Of a DNA stretch of 64,000 bases, positions 37,245-48,400 are shown in pieces. The stretch covers positions 1 to 64,000 of IMG/VR virus record IMGVR_UViG_3300008954_002687. The stretch is one strand, 5' to 3'. Position 1 is the stretch's first letter, and each line of letters opens with the position of its first letter. The DNA is from a virus (taxonomy: Duplodnaviria > Caudoviricetes). Made by a program: the position numbers and the translations under genes. Under the pieces are notes generated by a model. It did not search any database and was not told the DNA's origin. It worked only from the letters and a program-made list of their open reading frames with translations.

Positions 37245-37590
37245 AATAATTTTATCAGCGTCCCTATTCGTGTCAATTGTTCTAAACATTGGCTTGATGG
37301 TGTACGCCAGAGCAGCGATTGTCAGACTTCTTTCTGTATCAGAAGAGTTGGGAGATCTCTCAGAGATGATCAACTCCTTTACTCGTCACTTAGACGACAT
37401 TTACAGCTTAGAGATGTTTTATGGCGACGATGTTATACAGTCCCTCTTGGAACACGCAACCTCTTTCAATGAGCAAATGGAAACCTTTGAGTACATTTAC
37501 ACACTAACAGAAGCTGACAGACCTGAGTCTGAAGACGCTGACGCTGATGAAGAGGAATTAGATGACGACACCAACCCCGAAACCCCGTAG
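37231..37590 (+). CDS. Membrane-anchored protein with acidic tail
   Basis: N-terminal TM helix, helical middle. Confidence 0.65.
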   Translation: MSRLEIILSASLFVSIVLNIGLMVYARAAIVRLLSVSEELGDLSEMINSFTRHLDDIYSLEMFYGDDVIQSLLEHATSFNEQMETFEYIYTLTEADRPESEDADADEEELDDDTNPETP

Positions 37591-38281
37591 GCGCCGGAAA
37601 AAGAGAGGAAGTAACAAAAACCACTACTTCACTCAAGAGCATGAAGACGCAATAATAAGATATGCTCAAACTAAATGTTCACGAGAGCGAACAGAACTAT
37701 ACATCAAATGGATCCAGCCTGCCTTTGATCAGATGGTAGACAAGATTGTCTTTACTTATAAGTTTACCAATTTGCCCAATTGCGATTCTCTAAGAGATGA
37801 ATGCAAAATTTGGCTGATGACGATTTTAGACAAATATGATCAAAGCAAGGGCTCGAAAGCTTTTTCATATTTTAGTGTTATTACAAAAAATTGGTTTATC
37901 CACAAGGTTAAGCGCCAACAAAAGCGCAATAAGCGCGAAGTAGATTATGACAACATCTCTAAAGCTTATGAAGAAGAATATTTATCTACCAGTGAATCAT
38001 ATGTAACCATGCGCGAGGAGAATGAATTCTGGACATCATTCTACACGGAGCTTAAATCGTGGGATGTTGCGCAAATGAAAGAAAACGACCTTAAAGTTTA
38101 TCAGGCCATTTTAATTCTCTTTGAGTCAAAAGAAGACATCGAAATTTTCAACAAAAAAGCTATTTATTTATACCTGCGAGAGATCACAGGGCTAAACACT
38201 AAACAAATTGTAAACTCGCTAAAGAAATTTCGAAAGAAATATGAATACTTTAGAGGAGATTGGGAATCAGGAACATTATGA
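37562..38281 (+). CDS. Phage sigma factor, T4 gp55-like (late transcription)
   Basis: NHYF..., region-2-like LDKYDQSKGSKAFSYFSVITKNWF; lies just before the structural module. Confidence 0.7.
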   Translation: MTTPTPKPRRRRKKRGSNKNHYFTQEHEDAIIRYAQTKCSRERTELYIKWIQPAFDQMVDKIVFTYKFTNLPNCDSLRDECKIWLMTILDKYDQSKGSKAFSYFSVITKNWFIHKVKRQQKRNKREVDYDNISKAYEEEYLSTSESYVTMREENEFWTSFYTELKSWDVAQMKENDLKVYQAILILFESKEDIEIFNKKAIYLYLREITGLNTKQIVNSLKKFRKKYEYFRGDWESGTL

Positions 38282-38583
38282 GCAACAAGGACTTAGATTT
38301 ATTGATTGACGAAGCATTAACAAACATTCGCAATGATCGCAAAGTAGCGAGAGAATTTTTGAACGAGATCGCAACTCAAATTTCAATTGATGCCGAGAAG
38401 AACAGATATCTTAGTCCCGTCGCTGCTCAACACGTCCAGTCACTCCAGCGCTCCAACGAACAACTTGTAAAATTAATAGGTCTTAGACAGAAAGGTTCTG
38501 CCACTTCTCCTATCTTGACTGACGAAGACAAGAACAGTCTGTTTGATTTAATTCAAGGGGACGCCTCGCCAAATGTCGACTAA
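38278..38583 (+). CDS. Coiled-coil hypothetical protein
   Basis: ATGA overlap with the sigma gene; LQRSNEQLVKL. Confidence 0.65.
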   Translation: MSNKDLDLLIDEALTNIRNDRKVAREFLNEIATQISIDAEKNRYLSPVAAQHVQSLQRSNEQLVKLIGLRQKGSATSPILTDEDKNSLFDLIQGDASPNVD

Positions 38584-40069
38584 GGTTCCTCGTGCATGGG
38601 AAAGGTCTGAATTTTCGACCCCCCACGAGGCTAGCCAAGTGGATAATGAGCTTCTGCGCCAAGCAGATCGATATGATATCTATGGCGAGAGAGAAGTGTT
38701 TATTGTCCGCGTGCTCACGCGACCTGTTCCCCTAAGTGCTGATGATTTTAAAGCAGTAATGGGCGCTAGCGGCGACGACGCCGTACTTCTGGAGGGTTCC
38801 TCCGCCGCTAAAATTGTTTTTGTGGGGCGAATTGAGCCCGACGACGCCCCATCACCACACGCGACGATTCCGGATCCATGCAGCAGTGCGGTAGGAACAA
38901 ACCCCGGCTGTGCAGCAAAAATAGTATCTTGGCATACTAAGTTTTTTTCAAGATCAGATTACGAAGGAAAGGTACCTGAGATCGGCGACCTTGTAAAGGT
39001 TAAAATTTCCCCGGGCACTTTTAAGTATAACCTACAATATGCGTATTTTGACACACTGGAGGCGGCAGGTGACGCTGTACCGCCCGCCGCTAACTGCTCT
39101 CACCTCGACGCCTTGTTCAAGGGGTTCGATCACAAAAACTTGGGCACGATTATTCCTCCGGAGGATCTTAACCCAGAAACCGGTAAAAGCGATGATAAAT
39201 GCAAAGCTGAAACCCCAATTAGTCAAATAGATTGGAGTTCAATTCGCTCAAAAGCCATGAAGACCTGTAAGAGCACCACAAAGGGATGCTCGATGTGCGC
39301 CTGCAAGATCCCAGATAGCGTAGGTAGTAACTGGAGAAGTCCACAACCTACGCTCGGGAACTTACTGTGGATGAAGAAAACCAATAAAATCAAGCGCATT
39401 TTAAAATATAACGGTAATGACGAGATTGGTTACGATCCACACACAAAAACCATATCAGGCACCAAGGGAGTTTGTGTGGGCGGCGACGTCGAGAAAGAAT
39501 ATGCAAAAAGATTAGGTATGGAATATCAGCGCACCAGCGCGCATAAAGGCGGGCAGATGGGGTACGGCTACAAGAAGTCTGTAGATCATGCAAATAAAGT
39601 GCTTAAACAAGGAAACACATTGGTTCATTGTACACACGGAGCCGACCGTACTGGTATGATAGTTGGCGCGTGGATAAAGTCCAAAGAAGGCGGAAAGAAG
39701 ATAACTGGCTGTTATGCCCTTTGGAAGTATGCAACATCTTTCAACAGTTGGAAAGGCTATATTTGCAGAAGCGCAAATCTAGGTTTCGCCGCATATTTCG
39801 ATGCACTGTGTCCTATGACGACATTTTGTAATGGAGATATGTATGAGAAGTGCGCCGCATGCAAAAAGGCAGGCGTGAAACACGGTACTTTCGGCGGTCC
39901 ACTAATACCCGCAGGCTGGAAACCATCGGGAGTTAACCCGAAAGACCCGCCAAACAAATGCAAAAAATACCCGGGAACTACGTATTTTAAAGGAACTGCG
40001 AAGTATCAAGAGGGTTGTTGGTCTGGAAGTGATTCTGAGGGCTGGAAGAAGGTAGGAAACGCGGAGTAA
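38573..40069 (+). CDS. Baseplate-associated protein: shared N-terminal domain plus C-terminal Cys-based (PTP/DSP) phosphatase
   Basis: First ~190 aa paralogous to 40072; TLVHCTHGADRTG is the HCxxGxxR(T/S) signature. Confidence 0.75.
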   Translation: MSTKVPRAWERSEFSTPHEASQVDNELLRQADRYDIYGEREVFIVRVLTRPVPLSADDFKAVMGASGDDAVLLEGSSAAKIVFVGRIEPDDAPSPHATIPDPCSSAVGTNPGCAAKIVSWHTKFFSRSDYEGKVPEIGDLVKVKISPGTFKYNLQYAYFDTLEAAGDAVPPAANCSHLDALFKGFDHKNLGTIIPPEDLNPETGKSDDKCKAETPISQIDWSSIRSKAMKTCKSTTKGCSMCACKIPDSVGSNWRSPQPTLGNLLWMKKTNKIKRILKYNGNDEIGYDPHTKTISGTKGVCVGGDVEKEYAKRLGMEYQRTSAHKGGQMGYGYKKSVDHANKVLKQGNTLVHCTHGADRTGMIVGAWIKSKEGGKKITGCYALWKYATSFNSWKGYICRSANLGFAAYFDALCPMTTFCNGDMYEKCAACKKAGVKHGTFGGPLIPAGWKPSGVNPKDPPNKCKKYPGTTYFKGTAKYQEGCWSGSDSEGWKKVGNAE

Positions 40070-40071
40070 TT

Positions 40072-41325
40072 ATGAGCAAAAGAAAACATGACAAATCGAA
40101 TGTGTCCACTCCGGCTGGCGCCAGTCAGTTTAAGGCGCATGCCACGCGCCAAACTCTAGCATATGATGCTTATGGCGCCCGCACGACGTTCATCGTGAGG
40201 GTTCTAACTCGCCCTATTCCAATGAGTGCAGACGATTTTAAAACAGTAATGGCTGCTTCGGATGCCGATTCTGCAATATGGGAAGTCGACGCCACCGCAG
40301 CAACCCGAATTGTCTTTATGGGAAGAATATTGCAGGACGAGATGGATGCCCCATCACCCCATTCAACCCTTCCAGATCCATGTCAGGATTGGACCATTAA
40401 AACAAAAGGCGGCGTACAGCCGGGCTGCGCAGCAAAAATAGTATCGTGGCACACCCGCTTTTTCTCAAGATCAGATTATAACGGGAAGGTCCCGGGAATA
40501 GGAGATAAAGTAAGGGTGACTTTATCCACCGGAGATTTCAAATATAATTTGCAAAATGCATATTTTGAAACCCTAGAGTCGGTTGAACTGGCTGACTCCG
40601 ACGAAAGTTGCCAATCAAGCTTAGAGGCTTTGTTCAAAGGGTTTGATCATACACAATTAGGAGAGGTGTATGATATTTCATCCGAAGTCGCCAAAAGGAG
40701 CAAGAAAAAGGGAGACTGCCACAAGCCCGGACCGCCGTACACGTCAGCGGTCGCCGCCAGCCCAACAGCCAATCACAGTACCGCTGCCCATGTTAGTTTT
40801 TTCAAGAAAATGCGCGCCGCCCTTCCTACGAGCAAATTTAGTGATGAATTTATATACGGTATGATGGGAAATGTTGCACACGAGAGCAACTTCAAGCCCA
40901 CGATATCTGGGGATCCAGAGTGCAAAGAGCCCGCCCGTATGATGAAAGGATGGGGCTATTCCGGCGGCAAGAAGGGTGAACGCACAACCCTCTACGCAGC
41001 CCATGGCTTCTTCCAAATGAATACATGCCGCGCCGGCGCGATGGGCAGACAGATGTTAGCCTACCACGGCATCACTACAATGCCGGAACAAGCATCGGAC
41101 AAAGCGTATAAAATACTTACTAGCGGTGACAATCAAATAAAGTTCATGGCGTGGCGCCTGCAGAAGTATGGAGGCTCTTTCACCGACACCGGCACCGCTG
41201 CCATCGCCAAATATACGGATTGGTTCTTGCTAAAAGTTGAAAACCCCGGCTGCCCCGCGGGCTCTCGTAAGTCACGCACTGATCACGCATTAGGATATGC
41301 AGCCAGCATTCCTCCAAAGTTGTGA
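40072..41325 (+). CDS. Baseplate-associated protein: shared N-terminal domain plus phage tail lysozyme domain
   Basis: GMMGNVAHESNFKP, AHGFFQM, QIKFM, FLLKVENP..R match the tail-lysozyme pattern. Confidence 0.75.
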   Translation: MSKRKHDKSNVSTPAGASQFKAHATRQTLAYDAYGARTTFIVRVLTRPIPMSADDFKTVMAASDADSAIWEVDATAATRIVFMGRILQDEMDAPSPHSTLPDPCQDWTIKTKGGVQPGCAAKIVSWHTRFFSRSDYNGKVPGIGDKVRVTLSTGDFKYNLQNAYFETLESVELADSDESCQSSLEALFKGFDHTQLGEVYDISSEVAKRSKKKGDCHKPGPPYTSAVAASPTANHSTAAHVSFFKKMRAALPTSKFSDEFIYGMMGNVAHESNFKPTISGDPECKEPARMMKGWGYSGGKKGERTTLYAAHGFFQMNTCRAGAMGRQMLAYHGITTMPEQASDKAYKILTSGDNQIKFMAWRLQKYGGSFTDTGTAAIAKYTDWFLLKVENPGCPAGSRKSRTDHALGYAASIPPKL

Positions 41326-41350
41326 AAGTAAACCAATTTTTGTACAAAAA

Positions 41351-41358
41351 ACTATTTA
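41351..41358 (+). promoter_or_regulatory. Putative late promoter
   Basis: Intergenic ACTATTTA upstream of GAGG and ATG 41379. Confidence 0.55.
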
Positions 41359-41378
41359 TTCGAGGTAGAATATAAAAC

Positions 41379-42413
41379 ATGTCAAGTAAAAAACCCATTT
41401 ATGATCCGAAGCTATTAGCCGGACAACGAAAAGAGGCTGCAGCGCGCACGCTTGAAAATCTGCTAAACATGGCAGATCAAAAAACTGTGAGTGCTTTAAC
41501 GGGAGATGCAAAAGCTTCTTTCATCCCGCAAGGCGCAGGCATTAGCCACACACCTGTTCTTAAGCCTACGATTAACTTTAATGCAGCACCAGATGAAATG
41601 CAAGTTGGTCCCGGCGGCAATACGGCAATTGTTTTTGGACGAGACAGACCCGCCTCTGAAGCCAGTGGCTGGGGCGCAAAAGGTTCCAATACTTGCGACA
41701 CCATCGACATTGTAGCAGGTCGAAGCTCGGCTGCACGCGGTGGAAAGGGTCCCACCCCGGGCTCCGTCGTTGAGCCGAATCTCACAAACGACGCCGCCCG
41801 CATATATATTAGTCAACTTACGGACGTTGACCTTAACTTTGGCATCGCCGGCGGGAAACAAGGTCTTATGAAAGAGCGCTCCGCAATCGCCATGAAAGCT
41901 GATGGGATTCGTGTCATCGGCAAAGAGGGCGTGAAGATTGTGACCGGTCGCTCATTTGCCTTTAAAGCTGGACCCAGCGGAGAGAAAAACACGCTTGGCG
42001 GCACTAATAAAAAGCCGGCACCCAAGATTGAACTCCTCGCAGGAAACCATGATGGAGAACAAGTCATAAAAGCCACCAAGTGGCTTCCCAAACAAAATAT
42101 TAAAAATTTGCAAGGAGTAGCCCGCGGCGAAAATACCAGAGACGCCCTCCGAGGTTTGGGTGAAATTGTTGAACAACTTATAGGCACTGTGAATCAAATG
42201 GCAGACATCCAACTTAAGACCAACAGTTTATTTGGGGCGAATATATGGCACTCCCACTACCAACCAGCAGCACTAGATGCTGGGTTGAAATATCTTCTGT
42301 TTGTTCAGAGTTCTCTATGGCACACGCGCATTAACAAAATCATTTGGGAACTTAATTATACGTATCCTTTTGGATACAAGTACGTCCTGAGTAGAAACGT
42401 ATATTCCACATAA
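41379..42413 (+). CDS. Putative baseplate hub/spike protein
   Basis: IVFGRDR, IDIVAGR, DAARIYISQ.TDVD, KADGIRVIGKEGVKIVT beta-repeats; position in the baseplate module. Confidence 0.55.
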   Translation: MSSKKPIYDPKLLAGQRKEAAARTLENLLNMADQKTVSALTGDAKASFIPQGAGISHTPVLKPTINFNAAPDEMQVGPGGNTAIVFGRDRPASEASGWGAKGSNTCDTIDIVAGRSSAARGGKGPTPGSVVEPNLTNDAARIYISQLTDVDLNFGIAGGKQGLMKERSAIAMKADGIRVIGKEGVKIVTGRSFAFKAGPSGEKNTLGGTNKKPAPKIELLAGNHDGEQVIKATKWLPKQNIKNLQGVARGENTRDALRGLGEIVEQLIGTVNQMADIQLKTNSLFGANIWHSHYQPAALDAGLKYLLFVQSSLWHTRINKIIWELNYTYPFGYKYVLSRNVYST

Positions 42414-42425
42414 AAAGAAAACAAA

Positions 42426-45400
42426 ATGGCAAAATCTGAATTTTTAAAATGGCAGGATAGGAACAACAATCTCATTCATGACGCTTGTCCCGAAGACGAC
42501 GAGTTCAAGGAGGTAAAAAATTGTCCCGACTGTAAACCAAACCCTAACGCTGTTCTTCCAAACTGGAAGAAAAGAAAGCGCGATGAGCCGTGGTTTAACG
42601 ATAAATACTGCACGTTTCAAGTAACAGTTCCTACGCATTACGCTTCTCTTATAAGCGATTCTGCGACGGACGCTGATTATGTAAAGTCGATGTTTCAAGA
42701 ATATGAGTTATCGGCGATCAAGTCACTACTAAACAACTTTAACAAGAAGAATGACGAATACACTCAAGAACTCTTGTCTGAGGTAATTCAATATACAAAA
42801 TATGACCTCGCGCCAAACGCGGCATCGCGTGTAAAACTGTTGTATACGATCCCTTACGAGCATTTTGCTCCACTGGAGGACTCGATAAATGATGATGAGG
42901 ACGAAGAAGAAGAAGCCGGTCCTAGGACGGTCACCTATGTTGCACATGAAATTGCACCCAAGCTAAATGTTTTCCGGCGCGCCATGCACCTATACGGTCG
43001 CTACTATAGAGTTTTTAGTGCCGTCGAATCGGGCACCTTTGTGTTTGATCAGGCTCCACTCACAGGAAAAGTTTTTACGACCGGTCACTTTGATAGCTAT
43101 GGAGATGGATTGGGGGATCGCGGCAGTACTATGTGGGGCTTACTCAATTCTTTGGATGAATGGTTGAATCAAAAAGACTATAATATTTTTGGCGTTGGTG
43201 ATATTTCGTTTTTTAAGACCCGGGTAGACAAATTAGAATTTACATTTAGTGAAGAATATAAGCTTGTAAAATTGCGCGCATACGCACAGGGTTGCCCCGA
43301 AGCGCCCATTACATGGAAGATGGACCCTGAAGACATGGATGGACCACTGGCGACACTCTCAAACAATGAGCACTGGAAAGATCCCACAGCCTGTGCATAC
43401 TTCTCACGTCTCGAAGAACTGGAAGCATCGATCACATCCCGCGTAGAAACGCCGTGGACCGAGATTATTGAGAAATATACGTATCCAAAGGTAATTGCCA
43501 AGTTTAACTATCCTCGCGAAGAGGTAGACGATCCCTCTCTTACAACCGCCAGTTGTGTGGTCGAGGCTCTAGACAACGAATTTAAACAGCTTGGTCAAGA
43601 CATTTTAGATGATGTGTTTAGTATTGGAGATGCTTTAGCCTATGCCTTCAATAAAAACATGTGCAAAAAGGATCTAAACGAAGCCCTCGACGCAAAAAAT
43701 CACCTCGGCATATTATATGATCCGACAAAGCCGCAAGACAAAAAAAATAAAAAAAGCATGTGGGCGATGGCACAAGAGCAAGCCTACAAAAAGCTCAATA
43801 AAGACGATCAAGTTTTTGCGAGATTCTGCCAATCAATGGGTACCGCCAAAGTTTCCTCATCTAGCTTTTTTGTCAAAATGTTTGGAAGTTCAGATTCTAA
43901 AGTGTTAGACGAATTTTATTCGATGTCCGAAGGCGGGCTCGATATAGTCATGTCGTGCGGCTTGTTTGACATGATGTTGGATGCAATCAAATGTTTGTTT
44001 AAGGGCTTGACTCTGGAACAAGCATTAGCTAGTGTAGCAAAGGCAGCGCTGGAATCAATGAACATAACCAACTTTGGAGATTTGTTCGTTGGTTTACCTC
44101 CTGACAAACAAGCCAAACTGCACGAAATGGTGAAGAAGAAGCTTGAATCAGGTGACTTCTTTAAAGCAGGCTCCGGCGGTGAAGACGCGAGTAAGCGCAT
44201 TGAGAACAAAGACAGCACCACTGCCCCAGAGAACACCCCTTTCTTTGGAGAAGTAAAGTTTATAGTACCATGGAAAGACAAAGAAGCCATTGATGCTGAG
44301 AAAAAAGCACAAGAGCGCCCCGCTTCATCATCCCGTCGAACACTGGCGCAACAATATCAGCAAGCTGACGACGCCCGCGGCGCCCAAACAAACGTTGTTA
44401 TGCAGGCATATGTAGCTGCGTTGTTGGATGAGTATATGGATGACCTACTTGGTCTCGTGGATATGCTAAATAAATACCCCGGCGCTCAAATGATCGCCAA
44501 CATCATTGCCTTGATTGATTGCCCGGGTCCACCGATGCTTGAGCCAAGCGTTATGGATTTCATCAAAAGCATCGAGTTGCCATTCTGCCGCGATATTAAT
44601 GGAATCGTCGTTCCGGGATTTAACAACCCCTTTGGTTGGATCCCAGACTGGGCAGACCTGAAGAAGAAAATATTTGAAATTTTCAAAATGGTTATTCAAC
44701 AAATTGTAATGAGCATAATGATCAAAATCATTGTCAAGCTATGTCAAATGTTAGGAGATGCGATCTGTAAAGCCTTAGAAGTCGTAGGCGACGTAGCAAC
44801 CGCGTTGCCCGGCATGATGACCGGCAGAACACAACTCGCGGACGTTATCCGCGACGCACTCTGCGGAGAAGATGCATCCCAGCAGCAAGTTGAAGACACC
44901 GTAGCAGACATGTTTGCCAAATTGGGTGTCGGCGGCGCAGCGTTGGCTGACAAAAATGCAGTTATGAATTTCGCCGGTGACCTATCGTCGGCGGTCACCA
45001 CGCAAGAACTGAATGATGCCCTCACAGGGAATGCCTCGGACGAGTTCTTGGAAGTCGCCGACGGACTGGTCGAATATGAATACCCTCAGTTTCGTAATGG
45101 TCTGCGCAACAAAAGAGCTTTTGCGGACTTTTTCGGTGCCATGGGCAACTTAATGCCGGCAAGCGTCAAAGCCGCCATGGAAGATATGCTAGAAGCAATG
45201 CCAGAGACAGGAGCATTGCCAGCAAACCCGTCATTGTGTGCTTCTGAAGAAGATTTAGATAATTTCCAAGAATTGCGCTGTACCTTATTAGAGGGTCGTG
45301 CAACCCCAACACAATGTCGGGAAATGTTCGACAACATGCAAAACGAAAAATTAGAAGACCTTGAAGACCTTGCCAATGTTTTGCAGAAGGGTATTGGAGA

Positions 45401-48400
45401 AGCTATCGCCGACCAAATGCCCCCTCTGGTATCTTCTCCCGGTTGCGATGATGGATTGATTCCGTTTGAAGCAGAGGAAACTGTTAAGGGCGCCGGCGCT
45501 CTTTTCGATGCCACCTTGAAGCAAGTAAAAGTTGATTTCTCACAAGATATGCTTGGAAATGGAGGGCTGTTTGCCGGCGACGATGACTGGGGATTCATTA
45601 ATATGATTTTGTCAGATACGAACGGTATGCCCTTAACTGCTCATCATCGCTTAACATATAGAGACCGCGACCGCGTCGACTTTGTTGTGGCTCAGGGTGC
45701 CGAGGACAACGGAGACTGGTGGGCTTCCCTCTTCCCAGACCCACCGGCGAAGAAAAAACAAGAAGGTCAGTACCCCGGCTTGGTCGCCGGCTGGCTCCGC
45801 AAATCGATGAGCGAGATGAATACGAACTTTGATTCCAACAACGACTGGCAGGATGCCGAAGTATTCTACAGGAGCTTCGAAGACTTAGGATTCGATGGTA
45901 TGTGGGGAAGCCGCCCGGATATTAACCTCATCTCAATGCCTGATTATGGATACAATGTAAAGTTCGGAGTTCAATATCAAAACGAACAGCTTAAAATAAC
46001 ACGCGCTGGCAGAAAAGATCATACCGACATCCAACTACAGTTTAGAGATAATAACATGGGCGCCGCATCTGCCGAGAAAAACCAAACGTATTTCTCGTAC
46101 GGGTTTAATGTAAACATGTACTTGTCAGATCTAGAGGAAACCAATGGCGTCATCCACAATATAGAATCTGACAACGTAAGAATGAGTATCGTAAGTGTAA
46201 CAAACCCGCTGTCCGCTCCGATCAACAAACATGGAAAGACCGAGGAGGAGATTGAAGAGGAAGAAGAAGCCCGCGCCCAAATTCTCGTGGATCTGATCAC
46301 CGAGGGAGGGACCATAGAAGACATTCTCATTAAAGATCGAGTATATGAATTTGTCTCGCACGAATCAACTCTCCAAGACCTAGATCTGTCAGAGTATCCA
46401 AAGTTTGCGTCAGCATTCAGTACGAAACAAAGGTATATACCCCAAGTGCTCCTTTTGCAAGAGATGTGCTCGGACAATCCGGCTGATCAACCGGATATTG
46501 CAGACGTGAAAACGTTTTACGATTCGTTTATTACAGAGATAGTAGCCAAATTAACTGGAGATGTGGTGGGCAACCTTCCCTCTTGGAGTTATGGCGCCAA
46601 ATATGACGATTTGACCGTAGAGGATACCGAATATGTTCTTAAGAGAGGGCAAGCATACCTCAAAGATGGGAGCGCGGCTGTGGGTGGCACTCCCTATGGC
46701 GACGGGTATCTTCCAAACGCTGATGGAAAACTGAAAAAGATCACAAGCGACGATAGCATCTTAGGATACAGCAGGATGGAGCACAAGGAGCTTCGTGGCA
46801 CTAGCACCCGCGAGAACCGTGTCTTTTACCTAGATCCAGCCACCTACGGCGGCTCATACGCCAATCCTCCCTTTTATATTAAACCGCTAAAGAGCGACGG
46901 CTGGCTCGGAATGGTGGAAGTATTGTTCCCGGAGTTAAGTCCGTGTAAGCCACAGCTAACCGATCTCATAGACTTCGCCGATATCGAGGAGGAAATAACC
47001 AAAGCATACTCCTTAATGCCAGAAGACGAAAGAATCAAGAACGACCCTGATTGTGTGATGGAGCTTCCTTACAATAGAATTTTGATGCGCCCGAACCGGG
47101 CAGGCATCGAGGGAATTATTTTAGCCACCTGCCGGATATTTGCCAGCACTCACTTGCTTAAGAGTTTAGCAACGACCACGACGTTTTACCCAACCTTCCC
47201 TAGCACGTTTGGTTCGATTTATGCAGCATATGTAGTAGAGTCTATGGAAGCGTCACTTAGAGATGCCCAGAGTGCCGGCTGGGAATTCTGGAACTCCTTT
47301 AAGGACGACGAATTTTGGTATGCGTTTCTAGAGCAATCCGTGCAGATGTATAGCCGCAGAATCGATGCGGATCCTCCAACGATTGAGGACCCACCTGCGC
47401 ATGTTATCGATGCATTGAACCGAATCAATGACATGAAAGAGCGTTACACTTATCCATGGTCAGATGATTTGGACGCTGCTCGCGATGCCGGAGAAGCCCA
47501 AGCATGGCCATGGGACACTCTCGATAGTTGGAGAACCGAAAAGAATTTTGAAGCAATCCAAGCCACGGAAGAGGATGCCAAAATTGTATTGAAAGAACTC
47601 GTGATGACTGAGTTGAATGTAATGGGCAAAAAGTTTGTTGATAATTTGAAAGCTGTCGGAATGGTGCCAAAGTATAAAGATATGGACTATTACTTTATGC
47701 AACGTTTCTGCACCGGGGGTGAGGGACTTGATATAGATAAGGAAATCATTCCAGAAATCCAAAAACTCCCGACACCAGAGAATCCGGATCCAAACGAAGA
47801 CGGCTCCAAGTTCCCCGGTCCATATTATACCGATGGCGGAGAACTCTCCACGCAACCCGAGGGACATGACTATGTTGGATACTATCATGTATCCGAAGAT
47901 GAAATGGGCAATGTAATCTACATGCAGGGCGAAGCCCACTCGGACACTCCTCACGGAGAATTGACAGTATACGCGGACAATATTATCATACCGATTGGGG
48001 ACGTTGCCGATTATCGCGCCTCGGGAACCACAACCGCCGGCGCCCCCTTTAAGCTTGAAAAGTTCATTGAGATCAATGGTGAAAGGTACATGGTAGAAAC
48101 CGCCTACAATAAAATTACTTCCAACGATCCTGAAGCCAATTTGCACGATATCTATCCCGGCACACTTAAGACAGTTACTTCAACGGTAACTGATCCCACC
48201 ACTAACGAGAAATATGAAAAAGTAGTAGGAATAGAGGGGCACATGGGAGTGCGATATGGACTACAACTTGGATTAGTGATCGAAGGCAAAACATATGGCA
48301 TGACAACAGTTAAAATGGACGCTTTGGATCTTCCTGTCAAATCGTTTAAAAAGTTCACTGGCGACAGCAATATCCTCTATTGCTTAATAAAAATGCTCAA

